This document shows positions 1-11,878 of a stretch of DNA of 51,918 bases, in pieces. The translations under genes were made by a program, and so were the position numbers. This DNA is from Chiloscyllium plagiosum (taxonomy: Eukaryota). The stretch covers positions 31,997,982-32,049,899 of the forward strand of contig NC_057719.1 of NCBI RefSeq assembly GCF_004010195.1. The letters are read 5' to 3'. Within the stretch, counting starts at the first letter, position 1; each line of letters begins with the position of its first letter. The notes beneath the pieces were generated by a model. It saw only the letters and a program-made list of their open reading frames with translations. It did no database searches and had not been told where the DNA came from.

Positions 1-889
1 CTCTTATGCTCGCATCCAAATCATTTATGTAAATGACAAAAAGTAGAGGACACAGCACTGATCCTTGTGGCACTCCACTTGTCACAGGCCTCCAGTCTGA
101 AAAACAACCCTCCACCACTACCCGCTGTCTTCTACCTTTGAGCCAGTTCTGTATCCAAATGGCTAGTTCTCCCTTTATTCTGTGAGATCTAACCTTGCTA
201 ATCCGTCTCCCATGGGGAACCTTGTTGAACACCTTACTGAAGTCCATATAGATCATATCTACCACTCTGCCCTCATCAATCCTCTTTGTTACTTCTTCAA
301 AAAACTCAATCAAGATTGTGAGATATGATTTCCCATGCAAAAAGCCATGTTGACTATCCCTAATCAGTCTTTGCCTTTCCAAATACATGTACATCCTGTC
401 CCTTTGGATTCCTTCCAACAACTTGCCCATCACCGACGTCAGGCTCACTCGACTATAGTTCCCTGGCTTGTCCTTATCACTCTTCTTAAACAGTGGCACA
501 ATGTTAGCCAACCTCCAGTCTTCTGGCACCTTACCTGTGACTATTGATGATACAAATATCTTAACAAGAGGCCCAGCAATCACCTCTCTAGCTTCCCACG
601 GAGTTCTAGGGTACACCCGATCAGGTCCTGTGGAGTTATCCACCTTTTTATGTTTCAAGACAACCAGCACTTCCTCCTGTGTAATATGGACATTTTTCAA
701 GGTGTTACCATCTATTTCCCTACTTTGTATATCTTTCATATCCTTTTCCACAGTAAATACTGATGCAAAGTACTTGTTTAGTATCTCCCCCATTTTCTGC
801 GGCTCCACACAAAGGCCACCTTGCTGATCTTTGAGGGGCCCCATTTTCTCCCCAGTTATCCTTTTGTCTTTAATGTATTTGTAAAAACT
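1..889 (-). mobile_element. CR1-clade LINE ORF2 (RT) fragment, runs off the window edge
   Basis: The minus strand encodes FYKYIKDKR...D(F)[12 protein letters not shown]...[17 protein letters not shown]. It is closely similar to the + strand copies at 7.4-8.5 kb and 25.8-28.8 kb. Confidence 0.92.
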
Positions 890-1165
890 CTTCATCCAGT
901 GCATTCTTCGCTTCTGCATGGGGTGGGATGTAGACCGCTGTCAGGATGGCAGAGGAGGGCATACATGATAAGAAGTATCTTATCTATAATATATTCTAGG
1001 TCTGTAGACCTGTAACTCCCCAGGGTCGCCATGTCTGAGCACCAGGGAGGTGTTGATTAGGAGGCAAGCCCCACCACCCTTGCCTGCCCGCGGGTCCATT
1101 TGATGAACTGAGAAACTCTGAGGTTGTAAGGCACACTCAGGTGAAGCAGGGATGAGCCATGTCTC
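890..1165 (-). mobile_element. Rex1/Babar-type LINE endonuclease (APE) fragment
   Basis: The minus strand translates with frameshifts as [56 protein letters not shown]. This matches the Rex/Babar GGGVC...TAVYIPP pattern. Confidence 0.7.
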
Positions 1166-1339
1166 TGTTAATAGTGTGGACTAGGCCAGATCACTCAAAA
1201 TATTCTTGAGTAGGCAGCCCCAGACCATAACTTTGCAATTTGTTTTGGTAAGTGTACAGTGAAAATTACCTGGAGTAAACTAGCTAGGTTGATTACCAGG
1301 TTGGCAGATTGGTAAGGATGGGATCAAGTATGATTTTCC

Positions 1340-2303
1340 CTCTTGTTGGTTCCCTCACCACCTGCCGGAGTCCCAGTCTACCAGTTGTATCCTTTAGGAC
1401 CTGACCAGCTCGATCAGTAGTGCTGCTGTTGAGCCGCTCTTGGTATTGAAATCCCCACTCAGAATACATTTTGCACCCTGGAAAACCTCAGTACTTCCTC
1501 TAGGTGGTGTCAATATGGAGGAGTACTGATTCATCAACTGAGGGAGGACAGTGCATTGTAATCAGTAGGGGATTTCTTTGCCCATGTTTTGCATGAAGCT
1601 GGAGTCAATATTGAGGACTCCCAGCGCAGCTCTCTTCTGACTGTATACTCTCAGAGTCATAATGTGCCAGACATCGCCATCACTGTCCCTGTCACCAGCT
1701 CTGCTGGGTCTGTCCTATCTGTTGGAAAGGACATATCCAGGGATAGCGATGGTGATGTCTGGAACATTGTAAGGTATAATTCTGTGATTATGACCATGTT
1801 AGGCTGCTGCTTGACTAGTCTATAAGATAGCTGTCCCAATTTTGGCACTAGCCCCCAGATATTGATAAGGATGATGTTGTAGGGTCGACAGAGTTGTTTC
1901 TGTCATTGTCTTTTCCTGTGCTTAAGTCGATGCCAGGTAGTCCATATGGTTTCATTTCTTTGTTGAGACTTTGTAGTGATTGATACAACTGAATGATTTG
2001 CTCAGCCATTTCAGAGGCAGTTGAGAGTCAACTACCTTGCTGTAGGTCTGGAGTCACATGTAGACCAGACTGGGTGAAGATGACAGATTTCTTTCCCTGA
2101 AGAACATTAGTGAACCAGATGGTTTTTTCTGACAATCAACAATGATTTTATTGTCATCAGCAGATTACAAATTTCAGAATTTTTAAATTGAATTCAAATT
2201 CCATTATCTGCTGTGATGGATTCTGAACCTGGGTCCTCAGAACATTAGCTGAGTTTCTAGATTAATAGTCTAATGATAATAGTCCAGTGCATTGGCTTCC
2301 TCC
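1340..2303 (-). mobile_element. 5' part of a CR1/L2-group LINE: tRNA-like head + SINE-like body + APE N-terminus
   Basis: The minus strand has a degenerate B box (GGTTCAGAATCC, ~2217-2230), then a body shared with the SINE at 45.6-45.9 kb. It then reads NIWGLVPKLGQLSYRLVKQQPNMVIITELYL...VGDFN...STTDRAGQVLKD...LRQVVREPTRG (frameshifted). Confidence 0.75.
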
Positions 2304-2319
2304 AACTGTGGGAGAAGAA

Positions 2320-2412
2320 AATGGTAGTGTGGGATTAAATTAGACAGTTCTTTCAACAAATTGATACAGGCAGGCATGACAGGCTGAATGTCCCCCTTCC
2401 ATGTTGTAAAAC
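2320..2412 (+). mobile_element. Old CR1-type 3' tail fragment
   Basis: It ends in ggctgaatgtcccccttccatgttgtaa, resembling the CR1/HE1 tail 'gggccgaatggcctccttctgtgctgta'. Confidence 0.45.
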
Positions 2413-4003
2413 TACTTTATATACTCGTGTAGAAGTCAAATTTTTTAGACTTCTTAAGAGTAAAATTTATGGTGTCAGCTATTACATGGTTACTCCTTTT
2501 GAGGGGCTGAAATTCATATTACAGTCCAATATACCGTATCATTACCAAAAGCCCAAATGATCTCTAAACAAGTAAAGAAAATAAACACAACAAATTACGG
2601 TAATTCTACAAATGCTACAGGGGAACTGAGATGAAAAGTGTGGTGCTGGAAAAGCACAGCCGGTCAGGCAGCATCTGAGGAGCAGGATATTCGATGTTTC
2701 CTGCATAAGCTCTTCATCAAGAATGTGGATGGGAGAGGGGGATGTGAGATAAATAGGAGGGGAGTGGGGCTGGGTGGAAGGTAACTCGGAAGGTGATAGG
2801 TAGATGCAGGTGGTGAGGTGATGGTGATAGGTTGGAGCGGAAGTTGGAGCGGATAGATGGGAAGGAAGAGGGATGGGTGGGACAGTTCAAGAGGGTGGTG
2901 CCGATTGGAGGGTTGGATCTAGGATGAGGTGGGGGGGAGGGGAGATGACGAAGCTGGTGAAATTGACATTGATACCATGTGGTTGGAGGGTCCCAAGGCA
3001 TTCTTCCTCCAGGCATCAGGTGGCTGTGATTTGGTAATGGAGGAGGCCCAGGACTTACATGTCCTTGGCGGACTGGGAGGGGGAGTTGAAGTGGTCAGTC
3101 ACAGGGTGGTGGGGTTGTGTGATGCATGTGTCCTGGAGATGTTCTTTGAAACATTCCACAGATTGGTGTCCTGTCTCCCAAATGTAGAGGACACCACATC
3201 GAGAGCAACGGACGCAGTAGCTGAGGTGTTTGGGCATGCAGGAAAATCTCTGTCAGATGTGGAAGAATCCTTTGCGGCCTTGGATGAAAGTGAGTGGGGA
3301 TTTCTTTCCCTGAAGGACATTAGTGAACCAGATGGGTTTTACACCTCTTGTGGTGGCAAGGGAAGGTGCTGGGAGTGGAGGGTGGGTTGGTGGAGGACAT
3401 GGATCTAATAAGGGAGTTGCGGAGAGAATGGTCTCTGCAGGATGTTGGTAGGGCTGGGGAGGGAAATATATCTCTGGTGGTGGGATTTGACTGGAGGTGG
3501 CAGAAATGGCAGAGGATGATGCGTTGTATCCGGAAATTGGTGGGGTGGAAGGTGAGGACCAGGATGTTCTATCCTTGTTGCAGTTGGAGGGATGGGGTTC
3601 AAGGGCAGAGGTGTGGGAAATGGGGGAGGTGCGCTAGAGGGCATTGTTGACTACGTGGGAGGGGAATTTGCAGTCCTTGAAGTAGGAGGACATCTGGGAA
3701 CTGAGCTCAGTTGAGCTACACACCAAGGGAGGTTGTCACCTGGCTCTGACCTGATGCGTCTTAAACTTTCATGCTAAATTAGTGTGAATTGTACATCAAA
3801 ACACATAATAGCATGAAAAAAATCATTTCCTCATCATAACATTTATGTACAGGATAATACCTTGACTCACAAATGTTGATCTGTTATCTGTGAAGAATTA
3901 GGATAGAATTTTGCACGAGATACTTGCAAAATCCCAGATTTTTGGCCAAAAATAGGGGATTGACTTTTCCATGAGATTGACTTTAACTTGAGTATTTACA
4001 GTA
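2413..4003. mobile_element. Non-autonomous Tc1/mariner (Tc2-like) element, interrupted by a Penelope insertion
   Basis: TA-flanked 25-bp imperfect TIRs: ctttatatactcgtgtagaagtcaa (2415-2439) versus the reverse complement of 3977-4001, ctgtaaatactcaagttaaagtcaa (19/25 identical). Confidence 0.6.
2630..3700 (-). mobile_element. Penelope-like element 3' part (RT C-terminus + GIY-YIG endonuclease + 3' region)
   Basis: Minus-strand ORF pieces include YCVRCSRCGVLYIWETG...FKEHL...PVTDHFNSPS (GIY-YIG). The 3' end is shared with other Penelope-like copies here and carries a decayed hammerhead-like motif at ~2690-2722. Confidence 0.85.
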
Positions 4004-4261
4004 TGTAATTCTATGGTTCAGAAGCCTGGGTATGTTGCTGTTTGGGAAGTGACCGCAGGTAGGAGTAATGGCTTCCTGCTGTAGTCTTGGAAATTTTAGT
4101 CATCTGTTGTGTGGTCTGTAAATTTACTAAGTAGTTTGTACTCAGTTTGGAATTGTGAGGAGAGATGACTACAAAATCAGAGGATTCTGACCTGCACATT
4201 CATTGACCCAGGGGTGATAGCCCTTCTGCAGGAAGGTATAATAACATCAGCCAGTGCACTT

Positions 4262-4350
4262 GTAAAAGATCAATGACCTGAAAAATTAATGTTTCTTCTC
4301 TCCCAACAGATGTTGCCTGACGTGCTGAGTGTTCTCAGCAATTGTGTTTG
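4262..4350 (+). mobile_element. Short decayed Penelope-derived 3' end fragment
   Basis: gacctgaaa...tctctcccaacagatgttgcctgacgtgctgagtgttctcagcaat resembles the arm at 19631-19729. Confidence 0.5.
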
Positions 4351-5303
4351 TTCTTTAACCAGTGCAGCTCATGGATTGAGTTATGTTCACAGTGATAAAC
4401 CATTTCAAAACCCTCCTCATTCCCCACTCCCCCCAGTCAAATTGAGCTCCATCAGGAACAATTAAGTAATGAGTTGACTTATGTAGCACTGCAAATGCAA
4501 AGAATAACAGGCAGGTTTGACAGAAACAACTTAATTATTATTAAGTACAAGTATGTGAATAAGTAAACACAGTGTGAAAATAGGTGACGACAGAAAAACA
4601 ATAGGACTAAAGGTTTGGTTCACCTGTAGCAGGAGGTTTTGCATCTGTTGCTCTTTATGCAAATGGAATATTCAGTTTCATGACATGAAATGGATTTAAC
4701 TATTAAATGTTATGTATAATATGTGTTTGTTATGATAGAAGTTATTTTATGCTCCCATCTGAGATAAATTTCTGGTAGATAAGCTATTAGGCTTGGTTAA
4801 TAACATTAGGAAGGTATTTATTTTATTTTACAACTATTGAAGAGTGAAGCACTGAAAAGCAGAGGACAGATACAGATACATTGCTCAGCATCAATATAGA
4901 ATACACAATCAGGGAGGTGGCCAAGGATTTCAAAGCCAGCAGCAACATGTGGTGAGCAAGGCAGTTGTGAAGCTCTTCAAAGTTAGCGCAACTGTGGAAA
5001 AGAGTTTGAGCGCCAACTGGTTATGTCTGAAGTCCATTATTTGATTCAGGAACATGAGATGCTCTGATTGAAAAGGAAGCTTTGTTAGTTACATGTGCTT
5101 ATGAGAGATTGTCAGATTATGCCATAGATCTGAAAGTGGTATTGAAACAAATCATAAACCTTCAAAGTCTCTACTAGATGGGAAGGAATCTGCAAGAATA
5201 ATTCCAAAAATAGAAAGATTTGACTTCTATTTCATGAGATTGGCTTTCTAAACTGTCTATGTGAACAGGAATGTGTACATCATGGCAGCTGCACCTCTCC
5301 AGC

Positions 5304-5347
5304 GTGACAGTTGACCAGAGTGACAGTTGACCAGAGTGACAGTTGAC
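5304..5347. repeat. 16-bp tandem repeat (gtgacagttgaccaga) x2.75
   Basis: Directly visible. Confidence 0.9.
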
Positions 5348-7382
5348 TGCCTTATCAGGTATAGTCTTCATCCAAGAAATTGAGCCAAAGAATCGAACCA
5401 CGGTAATGCACTGGCCAACAGTTCACAATGGCTTAGCCAGATTCTACAAGAACATATGAGAGACCAAAGTGACACACCATCCGCCCATATTGCTCCAGTG
5501 TTGGCCACATCAAAGGCCCAGTGGTGTAACCATGAAAATGTATTTTGAACATGGGAATCATTTTATCATTTTGAGTGCCCAGGATCAAGGATATTACCAA
5601 ACTCCGGGAAGTGGATTATGGTCAGTCTTGCAGATCTTGCTGAAACAAGGCAGGATATTGCAGTACATCAAACAGGGAACTGTGCACAGGTCAGTCAGTG
5701 GTGTGGTCAGTCATCTGTCAGGGCTGTCCCTTCAAATTGGTCAGAGGTGGCCACATTCAGTTCCTGGGGGTCAACTTAATGGCAGTCAAATAGAACTTAG
5801 GGAAATCAATGGTGGGAATTGGAGGCACCATGCTAGGATGCAGAGGGGAGAATCATTAAGAGGGTGCAATTGAAGATAAAAGGGGGGATATATGATAACA
5901 CATAGGAGTACATGGATTACGGGGGAAGGGGAAAGGTGTAATCAACATTCACAGCCACCCTGGCTTCTACTCAGCATAGCCTGGTGGCATGGTCTCCTCT
6001 GCTGGTCCTGAGGGATCCAGAAGCACTGCATTTCAACACTCTATCCACCAAGATAGAGCAACATGGAGCCAACTTACCTTTGTACAACACCTCCAAAGTT
6101 ATGCATAGGAACGTACCAGGCAGCTCTGAACTAACAGAACTTGACTTAATGCAGGATTGCATGTTAAAAATGGTGTGGGAATCAAGGGAGGCCAAGGCTG
6201 TAGTGAGCACCTCACCTCTGATGAGAAGGAAGAGAGGATGACCCAGGTGTAATAGAGGGACAACGCATAGCTAATGAGGTGAGCTTCAGAGAAATCTCAC
6301 TCGGGCTGATGGACAGAAATCCTCCATGAAACTCATCAGAATGTGCCTCAGTAAAAAGTCTTCAATTTGACTGATTAAAGAGACATGCTGTGGCATGTTC
6401 TGTCCTGTCCACATAAGTATTAAACAGTTAAAGCCCATAGAAAAATTTAAGCATAACAAGAAAAATGAGTGCCAGCCATTTGCCACTGACAATAAATTTG
6501 GTGTCTGTGTAAACCCTGTCTCTCTAGATTAGCAAATACTTGTTTAAACAGTTTCTCTTATTTCTTATATGTTTCACCATTTATCTCATTGACGTGCCAA
6601 ACAGAGGTCCAGATCTCCCAATACGAAAATAATTGCTGATCGGAATGGTACGTCTCGACCATGAAGAATTCCCGATGCAACAGACTTTGTGGTAATTTCC
6701 AGGGAAATTGAAACTAAGGATGGACAATTACTCTGCATCAGTAACCCTTCAAAAAATCGCCAACTCTGTGTTAGGGACTTTACAGGGTTCCGACCTACGC
6801 ACTTCAACAGTTAGTTGGGAAAAGTTAGAGGAATTAGAACTCCTCGATAACTATAAATTTGATTTAAAACTCACCCCAAATCACCATTTACCCGACTGAT
6901 GATTTCTTCACACCCCCACATCCTGATATCCCACTGACACCCTATTTCACTCCCTCCAAACCTGACTGTGATATTTGTGCCTCGTAGGATCATGCCATGA
7001 ATCCTCTCTTCATGACTGTGTCTAAGGCCCTAAGCAGCTTACAATGGAGAGGATTGAGTGAGTCTTAACAAGCTGTTATCTTTACAAGTAGCAGCTTATC
7101 GCATGATAGTAATTAGGCACAAGTTACATTAACAAGACAGACATTGTTACAAAGACTGTGAGGAGGTCTCTCAATATATGTCTTCACTTTACAAGGTCCT
7201 AATGTGTTCTACCTTACCCCACCCAAAGTTGTATGACATCATCAGATTGGGTGGAGCAAAATGCAGTCTCCAACATTAACCCTTTCAGAATGATTACCAA
7301 GCACCTCCCCATCCCTAAGCGCCCTCCACACCATCACTCACCTGAACTCTGAATTCCTAGGGACTCCTCAGACTCATCAGAC

Positions 7383-8495
7383 TGTTAAAGAAGGGCGGTA
7401 AGGACAAGCCAGGGAACTATAGACCGGTGAGCCTGACCTCAGTGTTGGGCAAGTTGTTGGAGGGAATCCTGAGGGACAGGATGTACATGTATTTGGAAAG
7501 GCAAGGACTGATTAGGGATAGTCAACCTGGCTTTGTGCGTGGGAAATCATGTCTCACAAACTTGCTTGAGCTTTTTAAAGAAGTAACAAAGAAGATTGAT
7601 GAGGGCAGAGCAGTAGATGTGATCTATATGGACTTCAGTAAGGCGTTCGACAAGGTTCCCCATGGGAGACTGATTAGCAAGGTTAGATCTCATGGAATAC
7701 AGGAAGAACTAGCCATTTGGATAAAGAACTGGCTCAAAGGTAGAAGATAGAGGTGGTGGTGAAGGGTTGTTTTTCAGACTGGAGGCCTGTGACCANNNNN
7801 NNNNNNNNNNNNNNNNNNNNNNNNNNNNNNNNNNNNNNNNNNNNNNNNNNNNNNNNNNNNNNNNNNNNNNNNNNNNNNNNNNNNNNNNNNNNNNNNNNNN
7901 NNNNNNNNNNNNNNNNNNNNNNNNNNNNNNNNNNNNNNNNNNNNNNNNNNNNNNNNNNNNNNNNNNNNNNNNNNNNNNNNNNNNNNNNNNNNNNNNNNNN
8001 NNNNNNNNNNNNNNNNNNNNNNNNNNNNNNNNNNNNNNNNNNNNNNNNNATTTGAGCTATGGGGAGAGGCTGAACAGGCTGGGGCTGTTTTCCCTGGAGG
8101 GTTGGAGGCTGAGGTGTGACCTTATAGAGGTTTACAAAATTATGAGGGGTATGGATAGGATAAATAGACAACGTTTTTTCCCTGGTGTCGGGGAGTCCAG
8201 AACTAGAGGGTATAGGTTTAGGGTACGAGGGGAAAGATATAAAAGAGACCTAAGGGGTAACTTTATCACGCAAACAGTGGTACGTGTATGGAATGAGCTG
8301 CCAGAGGATGTGGTGGAGGCTGGTACAATTGCAACATTTAAGAGGCATTTGGATGGGTGTATGAATAGGAAGGGTTTGGAGGGATATGGGCCAGGTACTG
8401 GCAGGCGGGACTAGATTGGGTTGAGATATCTGGTCAGCATGGACAGGTTGGACCTAAGGGTCTGTTTCCATGCTGTACATCTCTATGACTCTATC
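7383..8495 (+). mobile_element. 5'-truncated CR1 LINE (RT to 3' tail), contains an N-gap
   Basis: It encodes NYRPVSLTSVLGKLLE...QPGFVRGKSCLTNL...DFSKAFDKVPH and RVWNELPE...FKRHLD, and ends in the tail ctctatgactctat. Confidence 0.95.
7796..8049. other. Assembly gap (N run)
   Basis: Ns. Confidence 1.
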
Positions 8496-9257
8496 TCAAT
8501 GCCTGACTGCTAACTACCTGACCTCAGCTGGATTCCCTTCCTGACAATTATCACCCTCTCTCCCAACCTCCAGACTCTTCATCGACCAATCTCAACTCTC
8601 CATGGCGAGAAAAACAAGACTCACCCTAATAGCTCTCAACCTCCACCTAAAGTCAACAACCCTGAACTTTTCCAAGACCTTACCCTTGTCTGTCACCAAA
8701 CCCCCTTCCCCATCTGCTACCCCACCCACCTGGCACCCAACCCCACTTACGTCACTGCCATCCTATCTCCACATTTAGTTTACATACTTCACTTCTCTCT
8801 ATATCTGCACAGTGTCTTTAGGCCTTCAAACATTGAAGATGATCATTTCAACTGCTAGAGAAGTACTTGGTTTCAACATGATTCTCTCAGTTGCTATGGA
8901 GTCCTGGACTGGATTACATTACTTCAATTAGGAAGGCCTCAGATGTTCACCTGCAAAACCCCTCGAGAGGTAAGTAGGCTATTTTTGTCTGCTCTGGGTT
9001 GGAAATCGGCATTCTGACCAGATCAGAAGATTTGGGCTTGAATTTCTTTTACATGTCATGACCAATTCTGTATGATTTTTTAAAGGTTGCATTCAGACGA
9101 TTTAAATGTCTTACCTGCTTTTCTCAATGGCTTTAACATAATATCATAGATACTTGATGCTAAAAACCTGCCAACTACCAGGAATGTTAAAAAGAATTCA
9201 GAGATAAGTGATTTAGTTTCTATAATAGCTAAGGTTAAGGCTAGCACGGCCGAGAGA

Positions 9258-9310
9258 ACGTGAGAGTGAGTGAGAGAGAGGGAGAGAGAGAGAGAGACAC
9301 AGAGAGAGAA
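9258..9310. repeat. (GA)n-rich microsatellite
   Basis: gtgagagtgagtgagagagagggagagagag... Confidence 0.85.
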
Positions 9311-9329
9311 AATGATGATCGGTAGTGAA

Positions 9330-9660
9330 ACAGCAGCATGAAGATGTGAGGATTGAGAGATTGAGCCCAGCACAGGAGAGAGATTGAACCCTCATGGGGA
9401 AAGCACCACATAGAGTGACTGCAGCTAGACAAGGATTGTAAGTTGGATCTTTTAGCTTTATTTCTTCTTTACTATTTTATACTGACAAGAGCTGAAATGT
9501 TGAACTATTTCTTCATTATTCCACTTTTTAACTCAAGATTTTGTACCAAGGTACCTTGTACTTAAGATAGCGCTGTGAGTGGTGACATTGTAAACTTTTC
9601 ACTGTACTCCTGTATCCCTGAACTTTAGTACACATGACAATAAAACCTAATCCTACTTCT
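9330..9660 (+). mobile_element. Probable non-autonomous retroposon with a Rex/Babar-like 3' tail
   Basis: It ends in cttttcactgtactc...gtacacatgacaataaaacctaatcct, resembling remembered Rex-type tails. No ORF. Confidence 0.35.
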
Positions 9661-10348
9661 AATCAGCAGCATGATCCTGGGTTGCACTGAGATGTCCAGG
9701 TCTTTTGTCTTCAGGAACATTGCAAGTTTGTATCGTGAGCCTTAGAGATGTTTTTAATGTTTGTGGTGTGCAGCTGTTTCAATGAATATGATGAGAGAAA
9801 ATAACCTCCTTCGGTGCTGCAAATGTCTCTGATTCTATGGTTATATTTTACTATAAATTTGTATATATCTCATATTGCTGGTGTTCTCATCAATCTTGAA
9901 GTTCTGATTGAATTCACAAAAGAAGCACCAATGCTAGGAACCTTTCTTTTTGATCATCCAGGCCCACAGAAAATAAAATAGAATAAACCAATAGAGTAGA
10001 AAAACATGGAAGTAGGAATAGAGATGTGCAATTTGGCCTTTGAGAGCTGGATGTTGGAGTACATGGGCTGAAATTGAATGACCTTGGCTAGGAAGGGATA
10101 ATATTAATCCAATTGTTATCCAGTACAAGAAATGTCTGTGCGTGGCTATCAATTTTGGACAAGTTTGCTCTTAACTTCGATATGACCCCTGATGAATCTC
10201 ACTGACAAGTTTATAAAATACATACTGATTGATGAGTCACTAATGAGGAAGTTTACATTGAAAGTAATTACAGGTAAAATAAAGGGAATGATTCAAAGAA
10301 TTTTGCTTCCATGTAGAAGGTCCTTGGCTCAAGAAAGTTTCAACCAGA

Positions 10349-10660
10349 AGCGACACAGTGGCTCAGTGGTTAGAACTGCTGCCTCACAGCACCAGGGACC
10401 CAGGTTCGATTCCAGCCTCGGGTGACTGTCTGTGTGGCGTTTGCACATTCTCCCTGTGTCTGTGTGGGTTTCGTCCGGGTGCTCTGGTTTCCTCCCATGG
10501 TCCAAAGATGTGCAAGTCAGGTGAATTGGCCATTCTAAATTGTCCATTCTGTTAGGTACATTAGTCAAAGGGAAATGGGTCTGGGTGGGTTACTCTTCGG
10601 AGGGTCGGTGTGGACTTGTTGGGCTGAAGGGCCTGTTTCCACACTGTAGGGAATCTATGA
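10349..10660 (+). mobile_element. HE1-type V-SINE (tRNA-derived)
   Basis: A box (gtggctcagtgg), B box (ggttcgattcc), V-domain core (tttgcacattctcc...ggtttcctccc...tccaaagatgtgca) and a CR1-like tail. Confidence 0.93.
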
Positions 10661-10928
10661 TTCGGAGATGCCGGTGTTGGACTGGGGTGTACAAAGTTCA
10701 GGTGATTGTGGAGGGCTCGATCGTAACACAGAATTTATAGCAAAAATTTGCAGTGTGATGTAACTGAAATTATACATTGAAGAATTGATTGTCTGTCAAG
10801 CCTTTCATCTATTAGAATACAGTGATAATTTCACTTCTTTCATGTGTAAATCACAAAACCCTTTTTTTTAAAGTTACATTCTCGGGTTAGCTGTTAACAA
10901 TGGTGATAGCTAGACAATATGTTGAAGG
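10658..10928 (-). mobile_element. Probable Penelope-like 3' fragment inserted in the SINE tail with a 13-bp TSD
   Basis: The direct repeat tgtagggaatcta lies at 10645-10657 and 10929-10941. The family call comes from resemblance to a remembered shark Penelope-like end (cggagatgccggtgttggactggggtgtacaaag). Confidence 0.5.
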
Positions 10929-11093
10929 TGTAGGGAATCTAAGCGGTGTTGAAGAAGAACATTCACTTCTTTCATGTGTAAATCACAAAACCCTTTTTTT
11001 TAAAGTTACATTCTCGGGTTAGCTGTTAACAATGGTGATAGCTGGACAATATGTTGAAGGTGTAGGGAATCTAAGCGGTGTTGAAGAAGAACA
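10830..11093. repeat. 132-bp tandem duplication
   Basis: 10830-10961 and 10962-11093 are identical except for one substitution (gctagac/gctggac). Confidence 0.95.
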
Positions 11094-11878
11094 CATAATA
11101 TCTTTTCAAAGAAACTCATTTTCTCAGCAAGAGTTGGAGACTACTGCTCGGACTGGATAGGCCAAGACTATTGGTAAGCTGGAAAATTGAGCATCTTTGT
11201 GCCAGTAGACTGTGGAGCTTGGTGGGTGCAGATGCAGGAATTGTGATTGGGATGCTGCAAAGTTGTAGGGGTGGCCTATACCTGTCCAGAATAGAGTGGC
11301 CCATGTCTGCTCACACAAACTGGCCGACCTTAGAAAGACAGCCTGTCCTAGCATTAGTACACAAGATGGCTGAAAGGAGATAAACAAGACAAACAGTCTG
11401 TTCCCGCCTTTAATTAAAGAAAACAACAGCACCTTTGGCAAAGCCACTCCAAAGATAGTGAAAAGGACCCAGCCTGTTCCCATTCAAAACTGTTCTGATG
11501 AGAAGACTTCAAATCTGATAAATGAGTAACTCCAGCCTCATTAAATGAAAGGATAATTGTCCTAGTAAATTAACAGATACCAAGTGACAGATACAGCCCA
11601 AACATTCCCTAAAACAGCTGAGGGTGCAACAGCTAAAGTTATCTTACAGTACTTAGTTTCTTGAAATAACTTAGAATATTAAGAAAAAGAGTCTTATCAT
11701 CATAAGTGCAGGTTTCAGCCTAAAAAATAGGTGCATGTAACCAAAGCCACAAAGGAAACAAAAAGCATTTAAACCTAGAAGTGAAGATTAGTTAGCTTTA
11801 GGAATTGACTTCTTTTACACCTTGAGCAAAATAGATTGTTCATAACCCATTAATCAAAGTCTTGACAGTAGAAGTAGC

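Noticed and set aside
6586..6899. Slightly CpG-richer patch with short ORFs on both strands
   Set aside because: No recognisable domain or convincing splice sites.
6967..7290. Possible solo LTR; also an LTR-like stub at 1166-1300
   Set aside because: No TSD or second copy in the window; resemblance only.
10349..10430. tRNA gene-like A/B boxes (also at 13.1, 21.1, 25.6 and 44.2 kb)
   Set aside because: They are SINE heads followed by the V core and tail, not tRNA genes.
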